From Chitinophagales bacterium (lineage in GTDB: Bacteria > Bacteroidota > Bacteroidia > Chitinophagales > LD1): 64,000 nucleotides of DNA. Location: the NCBI GenBank assembly GCA_044226285.1, contig JBGAHI010000006.1, positions 259,547 through 323,546 of the forward strand, in the 5' to 3' direction. How positions within the stretch are numbered: the stretch's first letter is position 1; each line of letters starts with the position of its first letter. Positions 35,129-45,714 of the stretch are shown piece after piece. Under the pieces are notes generated by a model. That model was not told the origin of the DNA, searched no databases, and was given only the letters and a program-made list of their open reading frames with translations. The translations under genes and the position numbers were made by a program.

Positions 35129-36844
35129 TTAATTTTTTGCTTTGTAATGATACTCCCGAAGCGATTTTGTAGGTTTTATTTTTTCTACTACAAAAGTACA
35201 TCTTCTATTTTCAGCTGCTTTTTCCTTTGTATCGGAAGTATACAACATACTAGTTCCCGTTATTCGATTTAAATCAATACCGTTTTCATAAAAAACTTTC
35301 ATGAGCTTAAGAGAACGCATTGATTCCGGACGCATGTACCCCGTTTTAATAAAATCGGGCATCGCTTTTCTGAAAGTTGGAATGGAATCAATAAAAGTTT
35401 GCAACGGCACATCCTTTACCCTATTATACTCGCTCTGATCTGCAAAACCATTTATTTGAACATGCGCATCAGCATTGATTTGCAACCAACTGATTACACG
35501 ATACACATTTGTCCAATTCGAATCTCCATATAAATCGGTTTTATTCAGCTCATAAAAACACTTTGAATTTGTAAAATCGCCATCCAAATTGAATATTCTT
35601 TGAGTTGAATCGGCATAGTGTTCGGCATCGATGTTAGAAAACGTATACATTACCCCAGCTCTATTAATGAAATAATCATTGATATACCATTTCATATCTT
35701 GTTCCGAAATATTCGCTAAGCTGTCCGTAAAAGATAATATGTAATTTTCATCATTGGTAAAGCGAAAATAGGCCATCTCTTTCATAAAGTAAATTGGGCC
35801 GGATAATGCCAAATTTTTATATTCATTTATTACCAAGTCTTTAGCTTTACTTAGTCGCTCTTGTGTAATAAAATCTGAGCCTTGTACTTTTTTTATCGTA
35901 TGAATAAGTTTATCTAACGTTGTCTTGTATTTATGGTCTTTGACTTCAGCAGTAATCGTAAATGTTCCAAAGTAATTATTCGACTTATAGGAAGCATTTA
36001 CCCCATCTTCATTCTTTCCGTTCTCCAACATTTGATTTAAAAGATAGGCACAATAGGAGCCTCTTCTATCGTAACGTGCTCCAGGATTTTGAAAAACTAT
36101 ACCACTTTCTTCTTTTTCTTGCACATTATTGAAAATGAAATGAGTGTTGTTTACAATTGGCTTAAATTCTATAACATGAGTTATACGTTCAGGATTGAAT
36201 TGCGCTAAACCTCTTTGGGTGAAGGTTTTATCTAACATAACATCCATTTGCAATTTTTCTAAGGCTGCATTTATACAAACAACAGCATTAGAAGTATTAA
36301 AGTATAGCTTTTGAAAAGATTCCAACCTACCTTTATCAACAGAATAAATTGGACGAGTTAGGTAACAGACTTTTTTATAGTCATCTCCCCACAATTTTTT
36401 CAAAACAGTTTTTTCAAAACGATTTTTTAAAGTATCTTCAGCATATTGCTGCAAATCATTAATATCATTATCCGTGATTTTATAATTCAAAACTACATCA
36501 CGAAATAATGTTAATGTTGATGCTAATCTTTCTTGCTCAACATTAAATGTAAATCCAATCATTTCAGGTTCAATAATTTGATTAACATTCAAACCAGGGG
36601 CTGACTGCATAACCCTTTGGAAGAACAAATTGGAAAAGAGCAGACTGTATCCATAAGTGGAGTCAGTTTCATATGCAGATCCAATGCGGAAATAAAATTG
36701 TAATGAAGCAGACTTTCCTGATTCAGAGTGTTGAATTACAATTAATCCAGAACTATGATTATAGGTTTGATAATCTGTAAAGGCATTAGCTTGTCCGTAG
36801 ATTAAAAAGCAAAAGAAAAGCCAAATCAACCGAATGTGTTTCAT
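35129..36844 (-). CDS. Secreted protein: degenerate M16-peptidase-like N-terminal region plus OmpA-like C-terminal domain
   Basis: N-terminal GLIVIQHSE...FRIGSAYETDSTYGYSLLFSNLFF resembles the M16 fold but lacks HxxEH. The C-terminus has VQINGFADQSEY...NRRCTFV, which is OmpA_C-like. Confidence 0.45.
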   Translation of the reverse strand: MKHIRLIWLFFCFLIYGQANAFTDYQTYNHSSGLIVIQHSESGKSASLQFYFRIGSAYETDSTYGYSLLFSNLFFQRVMQSAPGLNVNQIIEPEMIGFTFNVEQERLASTLTLFRDVVLNYKITDNDINDLQQYAEDTLKNRFEKTVLKKLWGDDYKKVCYLTRPIYSVDKGRLESFQKLYFNTSNAVVCINAALEKLQMDVMLDKTFTQRGLAQFNPERITHVIEFKPIVNNTHFIFNNVQEKEESGIVFQNPGARYDRRGSYCAYLLNQMLENGKNEDGVNASYKSNNYFGTFTITAEVKDHKYKTTLDKLIHTIKKVQGSDFITQERLSKAKDLVINEYKNLALSGPIYFMKEMAYFRFTNDENYILSFTDSLANISEQDMKWYINDYFINRAGVMYTFSNIDAEHYADSTQRIFNLDGDFTNSKCFYELNKTDLYGDSNWTNVYRVISWLQINADAHVQINGFADQSEYNRVKDVPLQTFIDSIPTFRKAMPDFIKTGYMRPESMRSLKLMKVFYENGIDLNRITGTSMLYTSDTKEKAAENRRCTFVVEKIKPTKSLREYHYKAKN

Positions 36845-37004
36845 TTCCATGTGGCTAAAATATTGATTTACCCTATACATTGAACCTAATTGATGACAAA
36901 ATTATTTGAAAGCTTATTTTTTGAATTCAAAATAGCAAAATCGAAAAAAAATGACTACATTTATCAGCAAATTTTTAACCATAAACATTCAAATAATCAG
37001 TCTC

Positions 37005-37229
37005 ATGAGAATTTTATTGACCGGTCTTGTTGCTTTTTTGCTTGTATTCAGTTCATGCAAAAAATGCTATGTATGTACAAAACAGAATACTGTCACAGTG
37101 AATGGCGTTGACACCATTCAATCTTTCAAATTTGAAGCCTGCAATAATGGCAAAGAAGGAAATGGAACATTAAACAGTGTGGCTATCAAAGAATATGAAG
37201 ATAACGGCTATACCTGTACAGCTAAATAA
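37005..37229 (+). CDS. Small Cys-rich lipoprotein
   Basis: MRILLTGLVAFLLVFSSC lipobox. 74 aa with 6 Cys. Confidence 0.45.
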   Translation: MRILLTGLVAFLLVFSSCKKCYVCTKQNTVTVNGVDTIQSFKFEACNNGKEGNGTLNSVAIKEYEDNGYTCTAK

Positions 37230-37260
37230 TCCATTATTATAAAATATTTAAGTAGTTATA

Positions 37261-39384
37261 ATGAAAAAACTTACTATTACCCTTGCGGTTTTTAGTCTAT
37301 TTATTGGAAAAATCTCTGCTCAATCTGATTTTACTTGCGGTCAGCATATCCAACGTCAGCGTTTGATTCAAGAGAATCCTTCTATTCTTCAAACGGAGCA
37401 GATGTTTGAACAATATACCAAAGATTTTATTGCAGCGCAAAAAGCCGGAAAGAATTCGCGTTCAGCCCCTTACCCGTACATTGTTCCTATTGTGTTTCAC
37501 GTAATTCATAATTTAGGAAGCGAGAATATTACTGATGCTCAAGTTTTAGATCAGATGCGTATTCTAAACTTAGACTACAGTCGTTCAAATCCTGATACTT
37601 CTGCGGCTAACGCAGCATTTAAGAATAATATTGCCGATATGAAAATTGAATTCCGTTTGGCAAAAAAGGATCCACAAGGAAATCCTACAACCGGTATTGA
37701 GCACATTTATTCAGTACAAACTTATGCTGGTACAGATTGGTCTAAATTGAACCGATGGCCACGCGATCAATACTTGAACATATGGGTTGTTTCAAGAATG
37801 CGTGACGGAGTTGCAGGATACGCTTATTTCCCAAGTTCTGTTGCTGTTGAACAAGCAAATTATGCTATGGACGGGGTAATCATTTTAGATGATTACATCG
37901 GCAGTATTGGAACTGCGAATGCATCAAGAAGTAGAGCGTTAACGCACGAAGTAGGACATTGGCTTAACCTACCGCATACTTGGGGATTTGATAACAGTCC
38001 TGAGGTGGCTTGTGGCGATGATAACGTAGATGATACGCCACTCACACAAGGACATTTATCGTGCAGCCAAAAAGCTGCAAAGATCTGTCAAACCGGAGTT
38101 GTAGAGAATATCCAAAATTTTATGGAATATTCTTACTGCAGTATGATGTTCACTAACGATCAACAGGGAAGAACAGAGGCCGCAATTACAAGTCCTATTG
38201 CCGGCAGAAATAATCTTTGGTCAGAAGCTAACCAAACGCTAACTGGAGTTGACGATCCTAACCCGGCTCCTACTGTTCCAATTGCCATGTTTGGTACTTT
38301 GCGTCATGTTGCTTGTGTTGGTGAAGCCGTTAAATTCATCAATGCTTCTTATAATTCAGACCTCATTGACTATACTTGGACTTTCCCTGCAGATGCAGAT
38401 ATCTCTACTTCAAATGTGAAAGATCCTACAGTAACGTTCAGTTCTCCGGGTTGGAAAACAATTACACTTAAAGCTGAAAATGCAAATGGTTCTAATTCAT
38501 ACACTTCAACGGAAGCGGTTTATATTCAAACAGGTGATGCACTTCCTGAAGGCCCCTATTTTGAAGCATTTAACAGCTCAAGTGTAGTGAACGATTGGAT
38601 TGGATTTAATTACGATAGAAACAATTCAAAATGGAGTTATGCTGCTAACACCGGTAAAGGTGGTAATGGTTGTATGAAAGTGGAGTTATACAAATCGCTA
38701 CCCGGTGATATTGACGAGATTATTACTCCTGTAATGGACCTTACTTCAACTTCAACTCAAACTATTTCTTTCGATTACTCCTTAGCAACAATGAATCAGA
38801 ATTACCTTTCTGAGACTAGCGATGCGAAAAGAGATTCCATCGTAGTTTACGCGTCTAAAAACTGTGGTTTAACTTGGACCCCGGTACTTAGAAAAGGTGG
38901 TCCAACCATCGTAAATGCAGGTATTTTGGAAGGGGCACCTTATACACCGGGTACTACTTCTGAATATTGGAAAACGATTTCATTCCCTTTAACTTCAGGT
39001 TTTCAAACTTCAGGTGTACAATTCAAAATTTGGGTTAAAGCAGCTGATAGAACAAATAACTTTTATCTAGACAATTGGAACGTTGGCGGTTTCCCTACCG
39101 GAATTGAAAACACAACTGACCTAACACAACAAGTTACTCTTTATCCAAATCCTATGCAAACTTCATCCACCTTATTTTTAGCTGATTTGAGAGGTAAAAC
39201 GGTTGATGTTGCTGTTTATACTATGGATGGGAAATTAGTGGAGAATATTTACAATGGAATTCTTACCGATAACGAATTCAAAATTACATTAACGAATAGT
39301 ATGTTCAGTGCAAGCGGAATCTATTTTGTTCGTGTGAAAGAAAATGGATCTGTTACGCAGAAAAAACTTACTGTGATTAAGTAA
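37261..39384 (+). CDS. M43 (pappalysin/cytophagalysin-type) zinc metalloprotease with T9SS sorting domain
   Basis: HEVGHWLNLPHTW zinc motif, a PKD-like middle region and a C-terminal LYPNPMQ...KLTVIK Por tail. Confidence 0.85.
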   Translation: MKKLTITLAVFSLFIGKISAQSDFTCGQHIQRQRLIQENPSILQTEQMFEQYTKDFIAAQKAGKNSRSAPYPYIVPIVFHVIHNLGSENITDAQVLDQMRILNLDYSRSNPDTSAANAAFKNNIADMKIEFRLAKKDPQGNPTTGIEHIYSVQTYAGTDWSKLNRWPRDQYLNIWVVSRMRDGVAGYAYFPSSVAVEQANYAMDGVIILDDYIGSIGTANASRSRALTHEVGHWLNLPHTWGFDNSPEVACGDDNVDDTPLTQGHLSCSQKAAKICQTGVVENIQNFMEYSYCSMMFTNDQQGRTEAAITSPIAGRNNLWSEANQTLTGVDDPNPAPTVPIAMFGTLRHVACVGEAVKFINASYNSDLIDYTWTFPADADISTSNVKDPTVTFSSPGWKTITLKAENANGSNSYTSTEAVYIQTGDALPEGPYFEAFNSSSVVNDWIGFNYDRNNSKWSYAANTGKGGNGCMKVELYKSLPGDIDEIITPVMDLTSTSTQTISFDYSLATMNQNYLSETSDAKRDSIVVYASKNCGLTWTPVLRKGGPTIVNAGILEGAPYTPGTTSEYWKTISFPLTSGFQTSGVQFKIWVKAADRTNNFYLDNWNVGGFPTGIENTTDLTQQVTLYPNPMQTSSTLFLADLRGKTVDVAVYTMDGKLVENIYNGILTDNEFKITLTNSMFSASGIYFVRVKENGSVTQKKLTVIK

Positions 39385-39405
39385 TCAACTTATAGCACTT
39401 TATTG

Positions 39406-39440
39406 AAAAGCCAACAAATTCTTGTTGGCTTTTTGTTTTT
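39406..39440 (+). terminator. Rho-independent terminator
   Basis: agccaacaa / ttgttggct 9-bp stem, 4-nt loop, then ttttgttttttt. Confidence 0.8.
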
Positions 39441-39447
39441 TTAGAAA

Positions 39448-40536
39448 ATGAAAGTTTATCCTTTACTTTTTCTATTGCTCAGCATTATAAATGTGAAAGC
39501 ACAACAGTTAACAGAAACAACAACAATCATTGCCTATCCCAATGCATCTTTACCTATCCAAAAGGCGAATAATAATTTGGATGTAGTTGCCTTCAACAAC
39601 CAATTCTATCTGGCGTTTAGAACTGCTCCTAGTCATTTTGCGTCTAAAAAAACAAGGCTAGTTGTTTTAAGAACGAGCAATTTAAAGGATTACACAATTG
39701 ATACCACACTTAGTATTGGAAACGACATCCGAGAACCTCGATTTTGTGTAAAAGGGGATTCGCTTTTCCTCTATTTCTTTGAAGGCGGTTCAAAAAAATT
39801 CAAATTCGAACCCAAGAAGGTTTGGGCAATAGTAAAAACATCTTCGTCTGCTTGGACATCTCCCATCGATCAACACCTAGACGGCTATGTGCCATGGCGA
39901 GTGCGTAATCTCAATTCCACTTTTTATCTCTCTGCCTATTATGGCGTTAATCTTTACAACAAAGCCCACCATTCCGATTTACGATTGTTTACGAGCGAAA
40001 ATGGTTTGCAATGGAAACCCCTCTCCGACTCGGCACAATGTCAACTCGACTTTGCTGAAGAAGGCGAATTTATTGCAGATTCAAAGGGTGAACTTTGGGG
40101 AACGATTCGTTTTGAAGGATTTGGTGGCGCTTTATTTCATTCCGAAAAGAATAACTGGGCACATTGGGCTTTCTATCGCACTGATTATAAATACGACAGT
40201 GCCTTGTTGTTTAATGTTGGTGACGACACCTATTTAATTGCTCGAAGAAACTTAGATGGAAAAGCTAACCGATTCAAAAGCAGAAATCGGAATTTGATTC
40301 GTTATTCCTTTACACGAAAATGTACATCGCTATACAAAATCAATAAAGAAAATAAGAGCATTGACCTTGTTTTAGATTTCCCAAGCACAGGCGATAATGC
40401 TTATGCCGGCATTGTACAAACTGGAACAAATGAGTTTGCCGTGTTTAACTATTCATCCGATCCAAAACATCCTAAAAACTGGATACGCGGGCAGCTCGGC
40501 AAAACGAACATCTATATGCATCGTCTGAAATTTTAA
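39448..40536 (+). CDS. Secreted hypothetical protein (possibly beta-propeller)
   Basis: Signal peptide ending VKAQ. No motif recognised. Confidence 0.45.
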   Translation: MKVYPLLFLLLSIINVKAQQLTETTTIIAYPNASLPIQKANNNLDVVAFNNQFYLAFRTAPSHFASKKTRLVVLRTSNLKDYTIDTTLSIGNDIREPRFCVKGDSLFLYFFEGGSKKFKFEPKKVWAIVKTSSSAWTSPIDQHLDGYVPWRVRNLNSTFYLSAYYGVNLYNKAHHSDLRLFTSENGLQWKPLSDSAQCQLDFAEEGEFIADSKGELWGTIRFEGFGGALFHSEKNNWAHWAFYRTDYKYDSALLFNVGDDTYLIARRNLDGKANRFKSRNRNLIRYSFTRKCTSLYKINKENKSIDLVLDFPSTGDNAYAGIVQTGTNEFAVFNYSSDPKHPKNWIRGQLGKTNIYMHRLKF

Positions 40537-40595
40537 TGATTGTCTCCCGAAAATCCCTTACTTTCGGCACATTCTTAGGATAAAAACCTAACATC

Positions 40596-42137
40596 ATGCC
40601 AGTAGAACTTGAACTCCGCATCGCACCGGAATTAGTGGATTCCATGGAAGAAATCCGCAAAGCAGTAAACCTACATTCGGATATAGCATCCGATTCAATT
40701 CAACATATTGAAATCCTCCGTAAATCGCTGGATGCAAGAAAACATCCCATAGTTTTTTTGCTGAAAGTAAGGGTGTTTCAGACTGGAGAAGAGGTAATCA
40801 TTGAAAACAAGACCATTCAATATAATCATCCACAAGAAGGTAAAACCTGCCATATTATTGGCTTTGGACCTGCAGGCATTTTTGCTGCACTGCAATGTTT
40901 AGAACAAGGTATTAAACCCATTGTATTGGAACGTGGAAAGGCTGTGAAAGACAGGATTTCCGATATATCAGCCATACACAAAACCTTGCAAATAGACCCC
41001 GATAGTAATTATTGCTTTGGCGAGGGCGGTGCAGGAACCTACAGTGATGGAAAACTTTACACGCGAAGCAGTAAACGTGGCGATATTAAAAAAGTACTCA
41101 ACATTTTCATTCAACATGGGGCAGATGCAAAGATTGGGATAGAGGCACATCCACACATAGGCACCAACAAACTTCCGCGCATTATCGAAAACATGCGCAA
41201 AACCATTATTGAGTTTGGCGGTGAAGTGCATTTCGGAAAAAGGGTTTCTGATTTTGTATTGGAAAATGATGAAATTAAAAAGATACAATGTGCAGATGAT
41301 AGTGAATATCCTTGTGAGCATGTGATCCTTGCCACCGGCCACTCTGCACGAGATATATTTGAGTTGCTTCATCACAAAAACATATTGATTGAAGCAAAGC
41401 CTTTCGCTTTAGGTGTACGCGTAGAACATACGCAGGAGTTGATAGACAGCATTCAATACAAATGTGATTCAAGAGGAAAATTTTTGCCACCAGCATCCTA
41501 TAGTTTAGTTTCTCAGGTGAAAGGAAGAGGCGTATTTTCCTTTTGTATGTGCCCCGGTGGAGTAATTGCACCTGCAGGAACTGCAAATAATGAAACGGTG
41601 GTGAATGGTTGGAGTTCGAGTGCCAGAAACGGTCCGTTTTCTAACAGCGGCATTGTAGTTCAAGTACAGCCCGAAAACTGGCAACAATATGGTACGAAAG
41701 GTGCATTAGCGGCATTGGCATTTCAAAGCGAAATTGAGCAAAAAGCATTTAAGGTTGTTGGATCTATCCAGGCACCTGCACAACGTTTAGAAGATTTCAT
41801 TCAAAAGAAAACTTCGCAGCATCTACCAAAATCATCTTACATTCCGGGACTTACATCCTATGATTTGAATTCAGTATTACCTCGATTTATCAGCGATACA
41901 TTGCGTGAAGGGTTCATAGATTTTGGCAAAAAAATGCGTGGCTATAGAACTAACGAAGCCATAGTTGTAGGTGTAGAAAGCCGAACCAGCAGTCCGGTGC
42001 GTATTCCACGCGATAAAGAAACCTTACGTCATCCTCAAATCAAGAACCTATTCCCATGCGGTGAAGGCGCTGGGTATGCAGGAGGTATTGTTAGTGCAGC
42101 AATGGATGGAATTGCTTGTGTATTAAAGATACAGTGA
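40596..42137 (+). CDS. FAD-dependent oxidoreductase, COG2509-like
   Basis: IIGFGPAGIFAAL dinucleotide motif, GEGGAGTYSDGKLYTR and a C-terminal GEGAGYAGGI. Confidence 0.8.
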   Translation: MPVELELRIAPELVDSMEEIRKAVNLHSDIASDSIQHIEILRKSLDARKHPIVFLLKVRVFQTGEEVIIENKTIQYNHPQEGKTCHIIGFGPAGIFAALQCLEQGIKPIVLERGKAVKDRISDISAIHKTLQIDPDSNYCFGEGGAGTYSDGKLYTRSSKRGDIKKVLNIFIQHGADAKIGIEAHPHIGTNKLPRIIENMRKTIIEFGGEVHFGKRVSDFVLENDEIKKIQCADDSEYPCEHVILATGHSARDIFELLHHKNILIEAKPFALGVRVEHTQELIDSIQYKCDSRGKFLPPASYSLVSQVKGRGVFSFCMCPGGVIAPAGTANNETVVNGWSSSARNGPFSNSGIVVQVQPENWQQYGTKGALAALAFQSEIEQKAFKVVGSIQAPAQRLEDFIQKKTSQHLPKSSYIPGLTSYDLNSVLPRFISDTLREGFIDFGKKMRGYRTNEAIVVGVESRTSSPVRIPRDKETLRHPQIKNLFPCGEGAGYAGGIVSAAMDGIACVLKIQ

Positions 42138-42141
42138 AAAA

Positions 42142-42936
42142 CTATTTCACTTGTACAATTTGTTGAGAAAACACCTCTCCATTCACGGTAAGTTTTGCGA
42201 TATATACTCCGGCATTTACTTCGTTTTTCTGATAGCCTACAGTATAATCACCGGCTGCTTTTGAAACATTGTTCTCTAATAATGCAATACGCTTACCTAA
42301 AATATCCATAATCTCTAATGATACTTTTGCATCGGATGTGAGTTTGTACTGCACAGAAGTCTTATCTAAAAATGGATTAGGGAAAACGGAGAAACGCATT
42401 TCATCTGCAATTACTTGCTGGTTATCATTACTAATAGCAGCAACTGTTTCAGCACTTTCATTGCGTGTTAAATCGGTATATCCACCGGTACAAGTGTAGT
42501 AATATTCAGGAATCAAACTTGGTGTAGCTCCAATCAATTTGATATTGCCAAAATCATCTTTACGAATATTCAAAGCTCCACTTTTAAAACACCATACTTT
42601 TGCATCGGGTTTAATTTCACTTTTAATACTATACTCTTCAAAGTAGACTTTATCTCCAACAATGGAGCCACGCAACAACATATCCGCATAATCACCATTG
42701 TCATTAATAATTGTAGAAGTTCCAGAAATGATTGAGCCTTCTTGCTTCAAATTGAATTCATAAATGAAAGTTTGCATAATGCCCTTTTGATCGGCAGTAT
42801 ATTGGAAACGTTTACCGGCAAACTTACCGTTAAGATCCAATTGCATAAGTTCTTTTGCATCTAAAGTATGCAAGATAGGCGATGTGGCAGAAGCCTGTAA
42901 CGCAATAATGGTGAATAGGAGGAATAATGTTCTCAT
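42142..42936 (-). CDS. Secreted protein with T9SS C-terminal sorting domain
   Basis: Signal peptide from MRTLFLLF (42936) and a C-terminal VFPNPFLDKTSV...QQIVQVK tail. Confidence 0.65.
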   Translation of the reverse strand: MRTLFLLFTIIALQASATSPILHTLDAKELMQLDLNGKFAGKRFQYTADQKGIMQTFIYEFNLKQEGSIISGTSTIINDNGDYADMLLRGSIVGDKVYFEEYSIKSEIKPDAKVWCFKSGALNIRKDDFGNIKLIGATPSLIPEYYYTCTGGYTDLTRNESAETVAAISNDNQQVIADEMRFSVFPNPFLDKTSVQYKLTSDAKVSLEIMDILGKRIALLENNVSKAAGDYTVGYQKNEVNAGVYIAKLTVNGEVFSQQIVQVK

Positions 42937-43002
42937 AATTTTTGATTTAATGCTAATGAGATGATAGTATGATTCATTTTCCATACTAATATACAAATAA
43001 AG

Positions 43003-44136
43003 TTACAAGCCTGCAACAATTTTTGAGGCCAACACCTCTCCTACTTCACTGCCAATGGCCACTCCCATACCTCCCATGCGAACACCTGCATGCACATGTT
43101 CCGACACCTGTTTAATGATTGGAAATTTACTATCTCCAAATGCCATAATGCCCGTCCACGCATAATCAATTTCAAACGGAGTTTGCGGAAGAATAATGGC
43201 ATGTAGCTTTTCTACTAAGTTATCTAATATCACTTCGTTGAACTCAAATTCAGTGGTTTCCTCTTCATTAAAATCTATATTTCGTCCACCACCAAAAAGT
43301 ACTCTACCATTAATTTCGCGGAAATAATAATACCCTTCATCGAAATGAAATACACCCTTTAACTTTAAGTTATCTATGGGTTTAGTGATTAAAATTTGTC
43401 CGCGACCCGGACGAATATTCTCTTCAGGAAAAAATTGTTTGGCAAATGCATTCGTACATACCACCAATTGCTTGGCATGAAAGCGAATGACTTCGTTTAA
43501 CACCCCATGCTTTACAAAAACGGCAACACAATTATTTTCTTCTTCAAACGTTTCCACAAAACAACCCGTAAGCAATTGTATACCTAACGACAGCGCCTTA
43601 TCCATTAACGCTCGCATTGTTTTGCCGGAATCTATTTCGCCTTCCAATCGATTTTCGATTAAGGCAGAAATACCTTGAAAACCGAAGGATTCGATTTTAT
43701 CGTTGGCTAATGCAAATGCATTTTCATTCAACATCGGGAACAACATTTCATTGATATTATCGAGCTGATGGAGTGAAGCAATATCTTTTTCGAATATCAA
43801 TTCATGACTACCATTCGAACGATAAGACATCCGCTCATCGCCTAGCCTTTTGTGTAACCTCGCTAATCCGCTTTTTCGCAATTGCACCAATTCCAACACT
43901 TCCGTTTGTGGCATTGATTTAAGATCGTCTAAAATTTCTGTTAAACTACCAATGCAGGCAAAACCGGCATTCTTAGTACTTGCACCGGTGGGCAAAATAC
44001 CACGCTCCAAAATGGCGATCGATAATGTAGGTTGCTTTTCTTTTAATGAAATGGCAGTAGACAACCCTACAACACCAGAGCCAATGATTATCACATCATA
44101 ATGTAGAAAAGAAGATTTCTCCCAATAGCTAAGCAT
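43003..44136 (-). CDS. FAD-dependent oxidoreductase (DAO family)
   Basis: YDVIIIGSGVVGLSTA Rossmann motif. Length and C-terminal pattern resemble glycine/D-amino-acid oxidases. Confidence 0.8.
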   Translation of the reverse strand: MLSYWEKSSFLHYDVIIIGSGVVGLSTAISLKEKQPTLSIAILERGILPTGASTKNAGFACIGSLTEILDDLKSMPQTEVLELVQLRKSGLARLHKRLGDERMSYRSNGSHELIFEKDIASLHQLDNINEMLFPMLNENAFALANDKIESFGFQGISALIENRLEGEIDSGKTMRALMDKALSLGIQLLTGCFVETFEEENNCVAVFVKHGVLNEVIRFHAKQLVVCTNAFAKQFFPEENIRPGRGQILITKPIDNLKLKGVFHFDEGYYYFREINGRVLFGGGRNIDFNEEETTEFEFNEVILDNLVEKLHAIILPQTPFEIDYAWTGIMAFGDSKFPIIKQVSEHVHAGVRMGGMGVAIGSEVGEVLASKIVAGL

Positions 44137-44194
44137 AAACACTCATTAATTCAACTAAACTAAGGGAAATAAAACAGAAATGAAATCCTGAAAA

Positions 44195-44917
44195 TCAATA
44201 ATAAGTATAGGTTCTCACATCGGAAGTATCTTGCGCATTCAACAACGTTACACGCTTAACAACCCGCCCTTCAGTATCAAAATCGTAAAAATACTGCTGA
44301 CTGAAATCTCCGCTCGGAGTTACCCAATCTTCAGCCTTTCGCAAGTTCATAGTGGATTTCCCTAAAAAAGGTCTGCCGTAGTTATCGTTAGAAAGGGTAT
44401 TTGTTTTATCGGTATAATAAATTGTTGAAATGGCATAGTTTCCGGTAGAAATAGGTGATTGACTGGTTTCATACACCACATTACCATTACTTACAGTATA
44501 GGTTTTATAATTACTTGTATCATCCGTTTGTACCATGTAGGTTTTATATCTATTTACATCATAAGTGAATGAATAAAACGTCTCGCTTCCGCTATTACCA
44601 ATACGTTTGTAGCTCGCGGCTAATCCATCGGCATTCAGGTAATAGATATATTGATAATCCATGGAACCAGAGACCATACGGGTGTAAACTATAGAATCGG
44701 TGTGATATTCAAACGACTCTGTGATTGCACATTGGATGGCAGAAATTAATCGATTTTTTTCATCGTATGTGCAGTAAGTAACACAAGTATCTCCTACCTT
44801 TTGAAACGATTTCACTAAAATAGGTTTAGGCTGAACAACTGTTTTATCATCCGCCTTTCTGCAAGCGCTTAGATAACATCCAAGAAGAATAATCAATATG
44901 AGGTAATGGGCTTTCAT
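44195..44917 (-). CDS. Lipoprotein, unknown function
   Basis: Lipobox YLSAC. Tyr/Thr-rich with a beta-strand-like pattern. Confidence 0.5.
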   Translation of the reverse strand: MKAHYLILIILLGCYLSACRKADDKTVVQPKPILVKSFQKVGDTCVTYCTYDEKNRLISAIQCAITESFEYHTDSIVYTRMVSGSMDYQYIYYLNADGLAASYKRIGNSGSETFYSFTYDVNRYKTYMVQTDDTSNYKTYTVSNGNVVYETSQSPISTGNYAISTIYYTDKTNTLSNDNYGRPFLGKSTMNLRKAEDWVTPSGDFSQQYFYDFDTEGRVVKRVTLLNAQDTSDVRTYTYY

Positions 44918-45000
44918 CGTATTCCTAAGATACGATTATTTTTTCCGCTTAACTATTTTTTAAAACAAATGACGAATATCTGACAATCAAATACTGTTCA

Positions 45001-45579
45001 TCATTTCAGCTTTGCACCTAATTGTTCTATTTTCTTTAATTGTTCAGCCCGAAATTCGGCAGTGGAATTTCGTAAGGGACCAACGTAGCTGACCTTCACC
45101 GGCTTCACACCACAAAACTCGAGTGTAGATTTTTTTAATTGATTCACACTTGGCCGACCAAACATCAACCAATAATACCAACTCGGTTGATCGAGTGTAG
45201 TAATGATTCGTGCCGATTTCCCGGTGAGTAATTTATCCCACCACACCGAGTTTTCACGATACTGGAAAACGAATCCGGGCAGAAATACCCGATCAATAAA
45301 CCCTTTCAGCATAGCCGGTAAACCGCCCCACCAAACCGGATGTATCCATACCATATGATTGGCCCATTTTATTTTCTCCAAAGCATCGAGTAAATCCGGT
45401 TCTAAATTGGTTCGCTTTTGATAACCGAATTTTAAATTGGGACTGAAATTTAAATCAGCCACTACAATTTCTTTTACCTCTGCTCCTGCAGTTAAAGCGC
45501 CTTGCTTGTAGGCAGCAGCAATGCCGTAATTGACGCTATCGGGATTAGGATGACCGTTAATGATGAGAATTTTCTGCAT
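45001..45579 (-). CDS. Flavodoxin-like-fold NAD(P)H dehydrogenase (quinone)
   Basis: MQKILIINGHPNP... and HPVWWGGLPAMLKGFIDRV are typical of the Flavodoxin_2 family. Confidence 0.8.
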   Translation of the reverse strand: MQKILIINGHPNPDSVNYGIAAAYKQGALTAGAEVKEIVVADLNFSPNLKFGYQKRTNLEPDLLDALEKIKWANHMVWIHPVWWGGLPAMLKGFIDRVFLPGFVFQYRENSVWWDKLLTGKSARIITTLDQPSWYYWLMFGRPSVNQLKKSTLEFCGVKPVKVSYVGPLRNSTAEFRAEQLKKIEQLGAKLK

Positions 45580-45714
45580 GTAGTTTTGTTCTATTGTTAA
45601 ACCTAAAGAAAAACAACAAAGGCACAGATGATTAAAATCGTATCAACAAAAATTAACGCAAAAAAAATGCACCGGACATACACCCGATGCATTTCATATA
45701 TTCTCGTTTACGTT

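Noticed and set aside
36890-37111. 73-aa ORF overlapping the small lipoprotein gene in another frame
   Set aside because: It has no signal or motif. The alternative frame (37005-37229) gives a clean lipobox protein.
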